IMG/VR virus record: IMGVR_UViG_3300026116_000007
Strand: one strand, 5' to 3'
DNA length: 64,000 bases
Source: an uncultured virus (IMG/VR IMGVR_UViG_3300026116_000007)
Taxonomy: Duplodnaviria; Heunggongvirae; Uroviricota; Caudoviricetes
Shown: positions 21,184 through 30,998 of the stretch, piece after piece
Layout: each line of letters begins with the position of its first letter
How positions within the stretch are numbered: the first letter of the stretch is position 1
Position numbers and translations under genes: made by a program
Notes under the pieces: generated by a model
Database searches by the model: none
Told to the model about the DNA's origin: nothing
What the model saw: the letters and a program-made list of their open reading frames with translations, nothing else

Positions 21184-21701
21184 TGTGTCCAGTCATCAAA
21201 TGTATTCCCAAATCCTTTTCGTTGAAAGATAGGGAACATTTTTTCGCCTGATTCGTCATGGTCACTAAAACCAATTGCATCAATATCGGATGAATGTTGC
21301 GTCTCACCAGCATTGGCTAATCCTGGAGCAAACTCAAGGACCCACAGATCAAGGTCTGTCCTTATCGCTTTCCAAACAGACATCCCACTGTCAACAAATC
21401 TCTCACTGAAGAACCTTCCCTGGTTGTTGACATATTTGACAATGTCAGCAGTAATTTGCTCAACAATGGATTTTGCCGAGAGTCTTCCAGCAGTACTACT
21501 TAGGGGAACAACAAAGCCGTATTTGCCGAGAGCAATATCAAGCATCGCTGAAACTTCGTTCAGCCAGCTAATCACGGAGTGTAGCTCAGGATTTGTACCG
21601 ACTGCATAAATCGTTTCATCAGCGAAGGTGTTATTCTCAGTCCATGTCCTGGCCAAAGCTGCTACTCCTTCAATAGTACCGTAGCCATATTCTGTGGTCA
21701 T
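21180..21701 (-). CDS. Head-tail adaptor protein
   Basis: YGTIEGV N-terminus, helical; position after capsid genes. Confidence 0.55.
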   Translation of the reverse strand: MTTEYGYGTIEGVAALARTWTENNTFADETIYAVGTNPELHSVISWLNEVSAMLDIALGKYGFVVPLSSTAGRLSAKSIVEQITADIVKYVNNQGRFFSERFVDSGMSVWKAIRTDLDLWVLEFAPGLANAGETQHSSDIDAIGFSDHDESGEKMFPIFQRKGFGNTFDDWTQ

Positions 21702-22051
21702 TTACGCGGTTTTCCCTTTTTCTTTGTTACTGACTTAGTTTCATCCGTTTCGTCGCTAGACTCACTTTCTGAGTCATCAGAGGTCATCTCTGGTTCACCC
21801 AGCTCCTCGCTGTGAGGTGCGTAAATAGATTCATTAGCTTTTGTGGTAGCTTCACTCAGATAGTCCTGGGAGGTAACCTTAATGGGCTTTTCTGTGCCAA
21901 CTTCACGGACGTCCAAGTAGGGATGAACAATCGCCTGGTCTTCTGCTTCAACAGGAACAGGTCTCCACTCGTTCTGGGTATATTCATTACCAGAAAAAGC
22001 AGTGACAGCTCCAAGCTTATAGCTTTCTTTTACACGAGCTTCAAGTGACAT
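21698..22051 (-). CDS. Hypothetical head-associated protein
   Basis: AAGGAG RBS, start MSLEARV; acidic/basic tail. Confidence 0.55.
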   Translation of the reverse strand: MSLEARVKESYKLGAVTAFSGNEYTQNEWRPVPVEAEDQAIVHPYLDVREVGTEKPIKVTSQDYLSEATTKANESIYAPHSEELGEPEMTSDDSESESSDETDETKSVTKKKGKPRK

Positions 22052-22066
22052 TTTATATCTCTCCTT

Positions 22067-22105
22067 CTCTAAGGGGCAAACCATGGATAGGTCGACCCCT
22101 TAGAG
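22067..22105 (-). terminator. Hairpin after major capsid gene
   Basis: CTCTAAGGGG...CCCCTTAGAG 10-bp inverted repeat. Confidence 0.5.
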
Positions 22106-22128
22106 TAAGTAATTTTGACCAACAGTAA

Positions 22129-23022
22129 TTAGCTGTTGCCCATGTATGCGGTGCGCCAATCGCCATAGAAGTGATTGTAGCGTGCATAGAACTTGAAGTA
22201 ATAGCGACCACCGTCTGGAGCCTCCGGATCGAACCAAGCTGACTGCAGGTTGGGGCGTTCTCTCATTGCAATCACAATAGGCTTCGTTGGAGAGTCTGAG
22301 GCCACGAGCACCCAAGCGGTCGAATCGAGCAGAGGCGAAACAACGTAGTTGATTCGGCCAGCGAAAGGGTTTGCGTTCGCCGGAGTTTCGGAACCTCCTG
22401 GAACCTGCGTGAGCTGGAAAGCTACTTTGGCGAGGTCAGGAGGAACGACTAACAGGTTGTAATTGTACTGAGTGAATTGGCCCTGGTCATCTCTGGTCTT
22501 TTGAGCCTTCACATAGACAGTATTGAAGTTGGTTGCATCAAGGGCTAAAGCATCCTTGTTGTCCTGCACAGACGTATATGCTGCTCCCTTATCTACGTGG
22601 GAGTCATTGAAGAATGATAATCCATCATAGGCAAGACCATAGTTGGAACCATCACCATCATTCAGGGCCTGGAAAGCCTGTTGTGCAATATGACGCTGGA
22701 AGTTATCACCAGCCGAGCGAACCTTTCGATCCAGCTCTCCAGTCTGATCATCCTGAACGGCATTATGAGAAATGAAGACCGTGATGTCCCAGTCGAGGGG
22801 CTGTACCGTCATTCTCTTCTCAATGAAATCCTGGATCTGCATACGACCACGATTACGCAAAGGCATAGGAGCTCCACCAAGGTCAACCATTTCGATATTC
22901 TTGGCGCTCATAGTAAGCTCTTGCGCAATGGCCGCATAAGCAGGAACAGGAGGAAGTGCGGTTGTTAGGAAGCCCGTTCGAGCTGAAACAACCAAATGTC
23001 CTGGAACGTTTCCGCTAATCAT
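22129..23022 (-). CDS. Major capsid protein, Mu gpT-like
   Basis: AYDGLSFFNDSH, LLVVPPDL, STAWVL, ARYNHFYGDWRTAY motifs typical of Mu-like major head subunits. Confidence 0.85.
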   Translation of the reverse strand: MISGNVPGHLVVSARTGFLTTALPPVPAYAAIAQELTMSAKNIEMVDLGGAPMPLRNRGRMQIQDFIEKRMTVQPLDWDITVFISHNAVQDDQTGELDRKVRSAGDNFQRHIAQQAFQALNDGDGSNYGLAYDGLSFFNDSHVDKGAAYTSVQDNKDALALDATNFNTVYVKAQKTRDDQGQFTQYNYNLLVVPPDLAKVAFQLTQVPGGSETPANANPFAGRINYVVSPLLDSTAWVLVASDSPTKPIVIAMRERPNLQSAWFDPEAPDGGRYYFKFYARYNHFYGDWRTAYMGNS

Positions 23023-23033
23023 TATTCATCTCC

Positions 23034-23486
23034 TTATGCACCAGCGCAAATTTGCGGTGTGGTCAACTGCACATAAGCATAGCCATCTTCCACTTTGTGG
23101 AGGATACCAATTTGCGGATTATCTGCAGCTGTTTCGGAAAGGGTACCGGAGTCCGACATGTAGACCACTTTGCCAAGGTCTGCATTATCAAACACGGCTG
23201 ACTTGAAACCTATGATGGATGGGGAAACATAGATTTCAATTTCGGTTGTCTCAGCAGTGGCAGCTGCAACTGTTTTCCCCTCAGCTGCAATACCAAGACA
23301 AACATCAGTGGCTGCAACAACTGCAGCGTCGAGGAAGCCGGTCGCATTCAGTGCATCGACGTCCTGGTCAATAATCATCGGCTGGCCTTTGTAAATGGTC
23401 TGAGCCACCGAAGTATCCAAGAAGAATTTCTCAGACTTAGGAACTCCCAACAGATGAATATTGTTGTCAAAGGTAAGGTCGGCCAT
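23034..23486 (-). CDS. Head decoration/cement protein
   Basis: IYKG, GIAAE, DLGKVVY.SD motifs; between protease and capsid. Confidence 0.7.
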   Translation of the reverse strand: MADLTFDNNIHLLGVPKSEKFFLDTSVAQTIYKGQPMIIDQDVDALNATGFLDAAVVAATDVCLGIAAEGKTVAAATAETTEIEIYVSPSIIGFKSAVFDNADLGKVVYMSDSGTLSETAADNPQIGILHKVEDGYAYVQLTTPQICAGA

Positions 23487-23487
23487 T

Positions 23488-24768
23488 TTACTTCTCCTCT
23501 TCCATGAATTCGTCAAGATTGAAGTTCTCGAACTCACCAATCTCAGGATTGATCTCGAAGAACTCCTTCATGGTTTTGCCGGCACCAATCCACGACTTCA
23601 AAAGGGGCCGATATTCGACAGGAAGTTTTGGCTTCCTCAAGCTATATCCGAGAGGGTCAATCCCATGCTCGGAGAAGTCGATCGCTGCGTCAAGGGTCTG
23701 CTCGAGGATGCGTTCAACGGCTCTGGACTGCTTTTCCGGCAGACTTAGTAAAAGAGCGACCAAGTCATTGGGGCGAACACGAAGACCAAATGGCTTCTCA
23801 GTGGTCCCACCAACGATCCTTGATGCAAATTCGACAACGTGCAACTTTCGTTTTTCGGCTACAATTGCGTCCTGTGCAATCTCCATAGCCCGGCGGCCAA
23901 GCTCGTCAATTCCTTCCTGGGATCCCAAGAGCTCCTGAAGAGCTGGACTCACTGAAACGTCGCTCAATTCACTAAGCTCTGTTTCAGGCTCCTTCTCGGG
24001 AGAGCGGCCGCTGATGGCCTCTGTGATCGACTGCTTCAGATCAGCAATAGCCTGTAGAACAGCGTTATCCATATCAATCTCCTGTAAACTTTCTGATAGC
24101 TCAACAGGACGCAACAATATTTGTCCAGTTGATAACCTTGTTGCTGGCCAATTCGTAAGGGAACCACCACGAACGTATGCTCCTTGGCCATCAATGGATG
24201 GGGAGAAGAACCTTCTCGCGTTTGACTTGATTAGGCTTGCTCCCGTATCCGTCCAATTGACAAGGAACCTAAGAATGTTCCGGCTCTTGTCGTGACGAAT
24301 ACCAACTATCCATCCAGCACCACCCTTATGGTCATGACCATTTTCATCGATAGGTAGGCCAACTAATTCACCTTTTTCCGTTCGGGTACTTTCAATGACT
24401 CTTCTTGTGTTCTTTACATAAGCCTCCAATTCTTCTGGCTTGAAGGTAACTTCTTCACCCATCATCGTGGTGAATGTTCCCGCAGCCATGCCATCTATAT
24501 ACGTCTGAGTCGATAAATCTACATCTGATACATCGCTGAATGCGAAGCCAGATAACTCATTCATACCTTGCTGCTTCTCTGCAACTTTGAAAAGATTTTT
24601 GAAAGCAGCAGCTACCTTTCCAGGAAGAGAATAATCATTAGTGTTAGCATAAAGGGCCTTCACATAATCATCAGCTTCCTTCTCTGTGTCATAACACTTC
24701 AACTCCTTATCACCCCCCTTTTTATAAACACAGAACTGGCCATCTTTTGGTTTTACTTCCCAAGGCAT
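23488..24768 (-). CDS. Prohead protease/scaffold (Mu gpI-like)
   Basis: PIDENGH..GAGWI, WT..G...I....RFFSP, GGSLTNWPA; acidic helical C-terminal scaffold. Confidence 0.85.
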   Translation of the reverse strand: MPWEVKPKDGQFCVYKKGGDKELKCYDTEKEADDYVKALYANTNDYSLPGKVAAAFKNLFKVAEKQQGMNELSGFAFSDVSDVDLSTQTYIDGMAAGTFTTMMGEEVTFKPEELEAYVKNTRRVIESTRTEKGELVGLPIDENGHDHKGGAGWIVGIRHDKSRNILRFLVNWTDTGASLIKSNARRFFSPSIDGQGAYVRGGSLTNWPATRLSTGQILLRPVELSESLQEIDMDNAVLQAIADLKQSITEAISGRSPEKEPETELSELSDVSVSPALQELLGSQEGIDELGRRAMEIAQDAIVAEKRKLHVVEFASRIVGGTTEKPFGLRVRPNDLVALLLSLPEKQSRAVERILEQTLDAAIDFSEHGIDPLGYSLRKPKLPVEYRPLLKSWIGAGKTMKEFFEINPEIGEFENFNLDEFMEEEK

Positions 24769-24827
24769 ATTTTCTTCCTTTCTATAAAATCTAAACTTCT
24801 ACTAAACTGTTCATTCTATCAGCAATT

Positions 24828-25388
24828 TCAATTTTTATATTTGTTATACAAAATTTCCTCTCCATAGTGTATAGCCTTGAATGTTCTCTGTTCAGAGTTT
24901 ATCATTCTACTCAAATATTCATCCTTAGCTATTTTAGAACTAACGAATACTATTGATACAGAAGAATTTTCTTTCATAGCGGCAGGAGTAATGCTGTCAA
25001 TATAATGCAGTGATCCGTCACGATAAAAGTAATCATCACTTTTTAGATTGTTTACTTCAATGACTAGGTCAATATCACCAGGCTTGGGCTTATCAGAAGC
25101 AAAACTTCCATAAGTGGTAATACTATTTATGTCTTCTATTGAATAACCAGCACCAGTGACAACATTTTCAATTTCCTTAGAAGCAGCATTCAATAAATTA
25201 TGACGATATGAATTAGTAACATAAGTGGATAACAAACCAATTCCTTTGTCATTCCTTGAACCACCTACTTGTCCAGGCCTACCAGCGTGTCCATGAAAGC
25301 CAGAACCAGGACCGCCGAGGTCAACTTGCTTAGGAACAGTTTTGAATAATAATGCTAATGACACCATTTCAATATCAAGTGTTTTCAT
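24828..25388 (-). CDS. Tagged effector: Pol-beta-family nucleotidyltransferase
   Basis: DLGGPGSG..GHAGRPGQVGGS tag, then YGSFA..KPGDIDLVI (GS..DxD). Confidence 0.75.
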   Translation of the reverse strand: MKTLDIEMVSLALLFKTVPKQVDLGGPGSGFHGHAGRPGQVGGSRNDKGIGLLSTYVTNSYRHNLLNAASKEIENVVTGAGYSIEDINSITTYGSFASDKPKPGDIDLVIEVNNLKSDDYFYRDGSLHYIDSITPAAMKENSSVSIVFVSSKIAKDEYLSRMINSEQRTFKAIHYGEEILYNKYKN

Positions 25389-26155
25389 TCAGAGTTTACT
25401 CCTGTATAAAGCAAATGGAGCGAATTACCAACTTTGTCTACTACCTTGAAGGTTGCACCAGCTGGTAACAAGAATTCAGAGGCAAGGTCATGAGCGTATA
25501 AGGCTGGTGATCCTGCAGGAGCATCAATCACCATAAGAGCGCCATCATCTTGGCCAAAATCTTTTTGAAACGAAATAGCGACATCCAAGCTCCTTGATGT
25601 TGACGAAAATTTAGTGTTAGATAAAGTGAATTCATCACCAACTTTTGTATCCAATAAAGATTTTGCATAACTACCGTGAACACCACGATATAAGATTTCA
25701 TCTCTAGGCAAAGGACTATTCATAATTTCTTCTTGAAGTTTGTCTCCAATAGGATTTCTTTGTCCATTACGGTATGGGTGCTCACCATACCATAAAGTAC
25801 TTGTATTTGTTGTCCAAATATCAACACCATCAGATGAAGAAGGCTTTTCATATAACTCAGACGTCTCTCTTGAAACATTTTTCATTCGTTCAATTGAATC
25901 ATTAGACCATATGTCTTGGCCTTCATTTTTCATAAATGAGATTACATCATCAAACTTTGAGTCAATATCATTTTTCGTTTGTGAACTCTTAGTCGATCCT
26001 CCGACTTTTCCTGGGCGACCTTTATGACCTTCTTCTTTTGAGTATCCAGAGCCATGACCGCCAAACTCTGAGAGGCTGTCGACTTCCTGAAGAAAGTCTG
26101 ATGCGTCTAATTTCCAGCGCTCTGTCATAGGAATAAACTTAGGAGTGTCACTCAT
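25385..26155 (-). CDS. Tagged effector: VIP2-like ADP-ribosyltransferase
   Basis: Tag, then LYRG, FSSTS, ASEFLLP. Confidence 0.8.
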   Translation of the reverse strand: MSDTPKFIPMTERWKLDASDFLQEVDSLSEFGGHGSGYSKEEGHKGRPGKVGGSTKSSQTKNDIDSKFDDVISFMKNEGQDIWSNDSIERMKNVSRETSELYEKPSSSDGVDIWTTNTSTLWYGEHPYRNGQRNPIGDKLQEEIMNSPLPRDEILYRGVHGSYAKSLLDTKVGDEFTLSNTKFSSTSRSLDVAISFQKDFGQDDGALMVIDAPAGSPALYAHDLASEFLLPAGATFKVVDKVGNSLHLLYTGVNSE

Positions 26156-26961
26156 GGGAGTAGTCTCATCTTGATGTACCAATCAGGAAAACCGTATCTG
26201 TCATTACCAAAATAATCACCTTCCTTTGTTTTCACTTTAGAAAGTATTTCAAACTTTGAACCTCTAGGTAAAAGAACTTCTTGTTCTGGACTCATGAAAT
26301 CATCAGCATTGAGCAAAGATGGATATAGAGCTCTACTTCCTTTTGGAACCTCTACCTCAAACATAATATTTCCATATGGTCTAGTGTCATATTGAAGACC
26401 GGCAAAATTACCTGCAACTTTCTTAGACATGCTAGATGAAAAATATGCCTTATCCTCGAATGTTCCACCAACTTCCAAAGTGTCAATAAGCTTAGTGAAT
26501 TCCTCTACATCTTCAGTCATAACGGGGATACCTCTATAGGTCTTTATATTTTCTGAAACTACAGAGCCATCATTATTGAATGCCTCATCAAGATTATCTA
26601 TGAGAAGATCTGAGCCATATCGAGTTCCACCATATGTCTCAGGTGAATTCTTTCCTCTCAAATAATTGTTTATCATTGAATACAGTCCATCAGCGTAATA
26701 TTCTAATGAGCTCTTCTGATCATCTCCTAAGCTGTCTAAAAACCTTTTGGCAGACTTGAAATAAAAACGATAATTCTTATCTCTATAACTACTATTAGGA
26801 ATATTGTCAGGAGCGCTTCCGCCAACCTTGCCAATTCGTCCTTTATGACCATGATAGCCAGAACCTTGGCCTCCAAATTCGCCACTAATAACTCCAAGAA
26901 TAACAAAATCCATGTCATCCTTCAGCCAACGCTCTTCAACAGGAATAAGTTTACTGTTCAA
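26152..26961 (-). CDS. Tagged effector: VIP2-like ADP-ribosyltransferase
   Basis: Tag, then YSMINNYLR, TYRG, YFSSS, EQEVLLPRG. Confidence 0.88.
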   Translation of the reverse strand: MNSKLIPVEERWLKDDMDFVILGVISGEFGGQGSGYHGHKGRIGKVGGSAPDNIPNSSYRDKNYRFYFKSAKRFLDSLGDDQKSSLEYYADGLYSMINNYLRGKNSPETYGGTRYGSDLLIDNLDEAFNNDGSVVSENIKTYRGIPVMTEDVEEFTKLIDTLEVGGTFEDKAYFSSSMSKKVAGNFAGLQYDTRPYGNIMFEVEVPKGSRALYPSLLNADDFMSPEQEVLLPRGSKFEILSKVKTKEGDYFGNDRYGFPDWYIKMRLLP

Positions 26962-27772
26962 CTTCTAGCTCCACAAACCAATGTTCCGGCATCCAAACAG
27001 TTTGAGGTTGCAAACTTGTAGATGTAACCTTAAACTTTGTGTTCCTAGGAAAAATCATCTCCATCTCTGATACAGCAATACCTACTATAGAGGCCACTTT
27101 CTGTCCTTTATCAACGTTTATCTTTAGAAGAAAATCTGTTCCTCCAGTAGACCAAGAATCCATAAAATTTTCTCCAACTGATCTAGATAGTGAAGTTGAT
27201 AGAAAACCTGGATCAGAAAAAGTTTCTCCAACTGTTGTCAACTTTTTTATAGCCAATTCATTCTTTAGACCAACTCCTCTATAGACTATCATATTTCTTG
27301 GAGCTTCTACATTTTCAACAAAACTATCTAATGAATCTCTATACGTCATTGCTAACTCTATATTTTCCTGAGTAAATTCGCTCCCTATTGATTTTCCTCT
27401 AGAAATATTGTTTATCAATACGTAATAACCATCAGTATAATTTTTGACTGCTTCCTTTTCATCAGAGGTCATCCTTGCTCTGGTATCAAACCATAAATCA
27501 GAATAAAATTTTGGCTTATTTTCGATTTCATAAGAAGAGTCATTATCTGATTGGCTTCCACCAACCTTACCTGGTCTTCCGTGATGACCTTCTTCTCTAG
27601 TAAATCCTGAACCAGGTCCTCCAAGTTCTGCATCCTTATGAACAGGGATCCCAAATTTTACATCACCATTTGCTGAAACAACTTTCACCATGACTGCATC
27701 TTCAGGGTCATCAACAATGGTCCAATCGGGTCCAATATAAATTACACGTGGGAATGTTTTATTTGGAAGCAT
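26951..27772 (-). CDS. Tagged effector: VIP2-like ADP-ribosyltransferase
   Basis: Tag, then VKNYT..YVLIN, VYRG, FLSTS, EMEMIFPRN. Confidence 0.88.
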   Translation of the reverse strand: MLPNKTFPRVIYIGPDWTIVDDPEDAVMVKVVSANGDVKFGIPVHKDAELGGPGSGFTREEGHHGRPGKVGGSQSDNDSSYEIENKPKFYSDLWFDTRARMTSDEKEAVKNYTDGYYVLINNISRGKSIGSEFTQENIELAMTYRDSLDSFVENVEAPRNMIVYRGVGLKNELAIKKLTTVGETFSDPGFLSTSLSRSVGENFMDSWSTGGTDFLLKINVDKGQKVASIVGIAVSEMEMIFPRNTKFKVTSTSLQPQTVWMPEHWFVELEVEQ

Positions 27773-28733
27773 TGTTCACCGTCTCATAAAAACTTTTCCA
27801 AACAGGATGGATACTTTTCCAATACATATCACCACTTCTAACACTACCACCATGATTTATTCTGTTTATTTCGGCTAGTGTCTCATTGACCGCAGATTCG
27901 AATTCCATAATAGAACCAGTACCGTCATTCGCCTTATTCCAGTATGATTTTGAATATTCACTTACTCCGTCTAAGTTAGCGAAACCTTCTGAATTTCTAC
28001 TAAAAATGCTATCTTGAAGAGTATGATAATTAGGATACTTTTTTTCATATTCAGGGATAATGATATCACCATTTTTATTGAGAATATGTTTACCTTTCTT
28101 ACTCGACTTTCTATGCTCTATCTCTATCAACTTTCGCTCTTCACTAGCCTTTATTTTGAACACTGCCCATCTATCATGCTCAAGTTCATGAGCAAGCATA
28201 GCCTCTGTATCGTATTCATCAATGTGGCCAATATCGTATATTTGAATTTCTCTTTTGTCTGCAAAGTATTCACCACCAGCATAGAACGTTTGCCCTCCAA
28301 CCGTAAACTTTGCACCTTGCTTTTGATTTCCTATAATCATCAAATGAAGGTCATCATCCTCATTTTGAACAACTTCAATAGCGTAGCCAAATTCGTCATC
28401 TATGACATGGAGTTCTGCATCAGGGAAAAGCCTTTTAGTCATGTCAAGCAAATGCTGCTTCTCTTCATCACTGAAGTTTGGCTCTTTCTGTTTTTTAGGC
28501 TTTTTCTTTTTATTTAGCCAATCTTCAGCTTCTTGTCTTTCCTCTGGTGTTATATCAGCAGCAGTTCTTGAGCCACTCTTTGCTGAGCCTCCTACCTGTC
28601 CTGGTCTTCCTTCATGATCGAAGTTCCCTGAACCTTCACCACCAAACTCAGACAAGTTTTCATCTAAAGGAAATGGTAAAAATCCTTCAAACGTCAATTC
28701 ATTTTCTCGGTCTTTTGGGCTAATCATTTTCAT
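27759..28733 (-). CDS. Tagged effector: zincin-like (HExxH) metallopeptidase
   Basis: Tag, then LAHELEH, SEYS..YW, NETLAE (lethal-factor-like spacing). Confidence 0.75.
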   Translation of the reverse strand: MKMISPKDRENELTFEGFLPFPLDENLSEFGGEGSGNFDHEGRPGQVGGSAKSGSRTAADITPEERQEAEDWLNKKKKPKKQKEPNFSDEEKQHLLDMTKRLFPDAELHVIDDEFGYAIEVVQNEDDDLHLMIIGNQKQGAKFTVGGQTFYAGGEYFADKREIQIYDIGHIDEYDTEAMLAHELEHDRWAVFKIKASEERKLIEIEHRKSSKKGKHILNKNGDIIIPEYEKKYPNYHTLQDSIFSRNSEGFANLDGVSEYSKSYWNKANDGTGSIMEFESAVNETLAEINRINHGGSVRSGDMYWKSIHPVWKSFYETVNNASK

Positions 28734-30979
28734 TAGTCGATATTCCATGAACCAACTTGTTTTAGCTTCACATGATAGTGAGGCACTCCTCTAGAAGAAT
28801 GACCTCTACGTGATGAACTAATCCATGAACCACTTGGGTCAATATCAACACTTGTTACTTCATATCTACCAGAAGTAAGAACCTCTGATTGATGCCAAGG
28901 GCTAAGTGCTGAAATTTCAATTCCTTTCGCTCCTTCTACTTCGTAAACAAATGTAGCCCATGCACCAGAGCCAAGTTTACCATGCTGGCCAGGAGCAGAA
29001 CCTTCGCTAAATGCTCGTGCTAAATCACCATCAGCACTGAATGAGGTTGCCCCTACAAAGTCCATTGTTTCACCGACCTGAGGGATAGGTGGCCATTTTT
29101 CGTAATGATAATCGTATTTGTCCCAAATATTGATGTCATTAGGGTCAATTCCAGGCTTCAAAGTAGAAATACGATTAGTATAACCGGTTACTCCTCTATA
29201 AACTGGATATCCAAGTTCAGGGGCATTCGCAATTGTTTTCTCTACAACCATGGATGCATCACCTGTAGAAATTCCGAGGTCTCCTTCAACGTTTTGACCA
29301 TCAAAGAAATTTTTGTAAGTGCCCATTGGATTTGACACATATCCAAGATCCTTATCTACCCAATCAGGAACAACGCTGTCTTCCCAATTGTGGACTCCTT
29401 TTGGCCATTCACCAGTCATTTTGTAGTATGCTATTGCCTTCATTTCATCGTAGGAGCCCTGAGAGTAAAGAGTCGCGTAATCGGCCACAGCCTTGAATTG
29501 TCTATCATTGTTGTAATCATCCTGGTGATTTCTAATCCACTTTTTGTTTTCCTTAGACTTCGCTGTTCCTGTCTCACTCATTTCGTTGAACATCGAAGCA
29601 TACTCAGCATAGCGATTAGCAGGAAGACCTTTTGTTACTGCACTTGTTCCGCTAGGTTGAGAACCTCCTACTTGACCAGGACGGCCTTTATGCCCTTCTT
29701 CCTTAGAGTATCCTGAACCTGGACCTCCTAATTCTGAAGGATTATCATAAGAAAGTTTTTCTAATACATTTTCTTCTGCTTCTTCCTCAGTTATATCCGG
29801 ATTCTCAATCATCTCTCTATGAACTAAAAAGACAAAATTCAATAAAGAGTCCATATCTATATTGTCATTTTCAATAGTCAATTCACTAGATAAATTTTTC
29901 TCACGAGATGATACCACTTCAATAAAATAAGTTTGAGAATAACCAACTCTGGCAGGCTCAATATCAATAATCTTATAAGTTGTGCCCCTAGGCATCAACC
30001 ATTCAGCTTCGCCACCATAACCTGCAGGAGCTCTAGCAACATCACTTATCCTTAGCATCTTTACAGCATTTTCTTTTTCTATTACGAGTGTTACAGTACT
30101 CCAATTATTTGCAATCTTTTTATTTTCAGTAAATGAACCATATCCTTCATCTATAAACGTATCACCAACTTTTGCATTTATTCCGCCAACAGAGTGTATA
30201 GATGTTCCTCTATAAATTGTTTTATCTGGGATACGTGCATTGTCTCTAATTTGTTTGTCTAACTCTCTGGTAAATGAGTTTGATTTTGTACTTTGTTCTC
30301 TTAGCCTTTTATTCTGATCAATATAAGCACTAGCGTAAGCATAGTTATATGCAGCAGTTCCTACACCAGAGCTGCCACCTACTAAGCCCGGTCTTCCCCT
30401 ATGGCCCTTGAACCCAGAACCAGGGCCTCCAAGTTCCTTATCACTTTCTAACGGAAAAACAATTGCACAATATCCTATACGATTAGATTTTTCTTCTAAG
30501 TTTATACGCTTATCATTAGAGTCATAATAAGTAATTGAACGTATAAAATTTGCAGGAACATCAGTTTCAATACGATAGCTATCTCCTTCCTCCTCGTCCT
30601 CAATAACTTGTGCTCCAGGAGGAATTTCAAATTCTATAATTGCATATCCTTCACCTTCTTCTAAATAGCTTTCCTGAACATAATCTCTAGTCGATTGGAA
30701 ATCATTCATAAAATAAACAGAAGGTGGTCTTTTTCCAATTGACGCTTTTCTCGTTTTTAGACCTTCATTCTTAATTTTCTTAGCAGACTCTATACTTGTT
30801 CCATGGTATACAGCTAAGGACTTGCCCACAGAATAATTTTCATTTTTTGAACTTCCTCCTACTAAACCGGGCCTACCCTTATGTCCTTCCTCGCGTGAAT
30901 AGCCAGACCCTGGACCACCAAAGTCCTTTAGGATCTGGTCTAACTTTTTGTCAATGAAGGTTAAGAGGTCTACGTCCAT
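28733..30979 (-). CDS. Tagged polyvalent effector with three ART-like domains
   Basis: Three tags; domain 1 VYHGTS..IK.EGL..VYF (H-class, Tpt1/PARP-like); domain 2 IYRG/GSFT/EAEWLMPRG; domain 3 VYRG/TSFS/QSEVL. Confidence 0.8.
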   Translation of the reverse strand: MDVDLLTFIDKKLDQILKDFGGPGSGYSREEGHKGRPGLVGGSSKNENYSVGKSLAVYHGTSIESAKKIKNEGLKTRKASIGKRPPSVYFMNDFQSTRDYVQESYLEEGEGYAIIEFEIPPGAQVIEDEEEGDSYRIETDVPANFIRSITYYDSNDKRINLEEKSNRIGYCAIVFPLESDKELGGPGSGFKGHRGRPGLVGGSSGVGTAAYNYAYASAYIDQNKRLREQSTKSNSFTRELDKQIRDNARIPDKTIYRGTSIHSVGGINAKVGDTFIDEGYGSFTENKKIANNWSTVTLVIEKENAVKMLRISDVARAPAGYGGEAEWLMPRGTTYKIIDIEPARVGYSQTYFIEVVSSREKNLSSELTIENDNIDMDSLLNFVFLVHREMIENPDITEEEAEENVLEKLSYDNPSELGGPGSGYSKEEGHKGRPGQVGGSQPSGTSAVTKGLPANRYAEYASMFNEMSETGTAKSKENKKWIRNHQDDYNNDRQFKAVADYATLYSQGSYDEMKAIAYYKMTGEWPKGVHNWEDSVVPDWVDKDLGYVSNPMGTYKNFFDGQNVEGDLGISTGDASMVVEKTIANAPELGYPVYRGVTGYTNRISTLKPGIDPNDINIWDKYDYHYEKWPPIPQVGETMDFVGATSFSADGDLARAFSEGSAPGQHGKLGSGAWATFVYEVEGAKGIEISALSPWHQSEVLTSGRYEVTSVDIDPSGSWISSSRRGHSSRGVPHYHVKLKQVGSWNID

Positions 30980-30998
30980 GTTTAGTCAGGATTTCTCC

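Noticed and set aside
22067..22105. GGCAAACC resembling a c-di-GMP-I riboswitch
   Set aside because: On the non-transcribed strand and lacks GACGCAAA and the second stem; a simple hairpin
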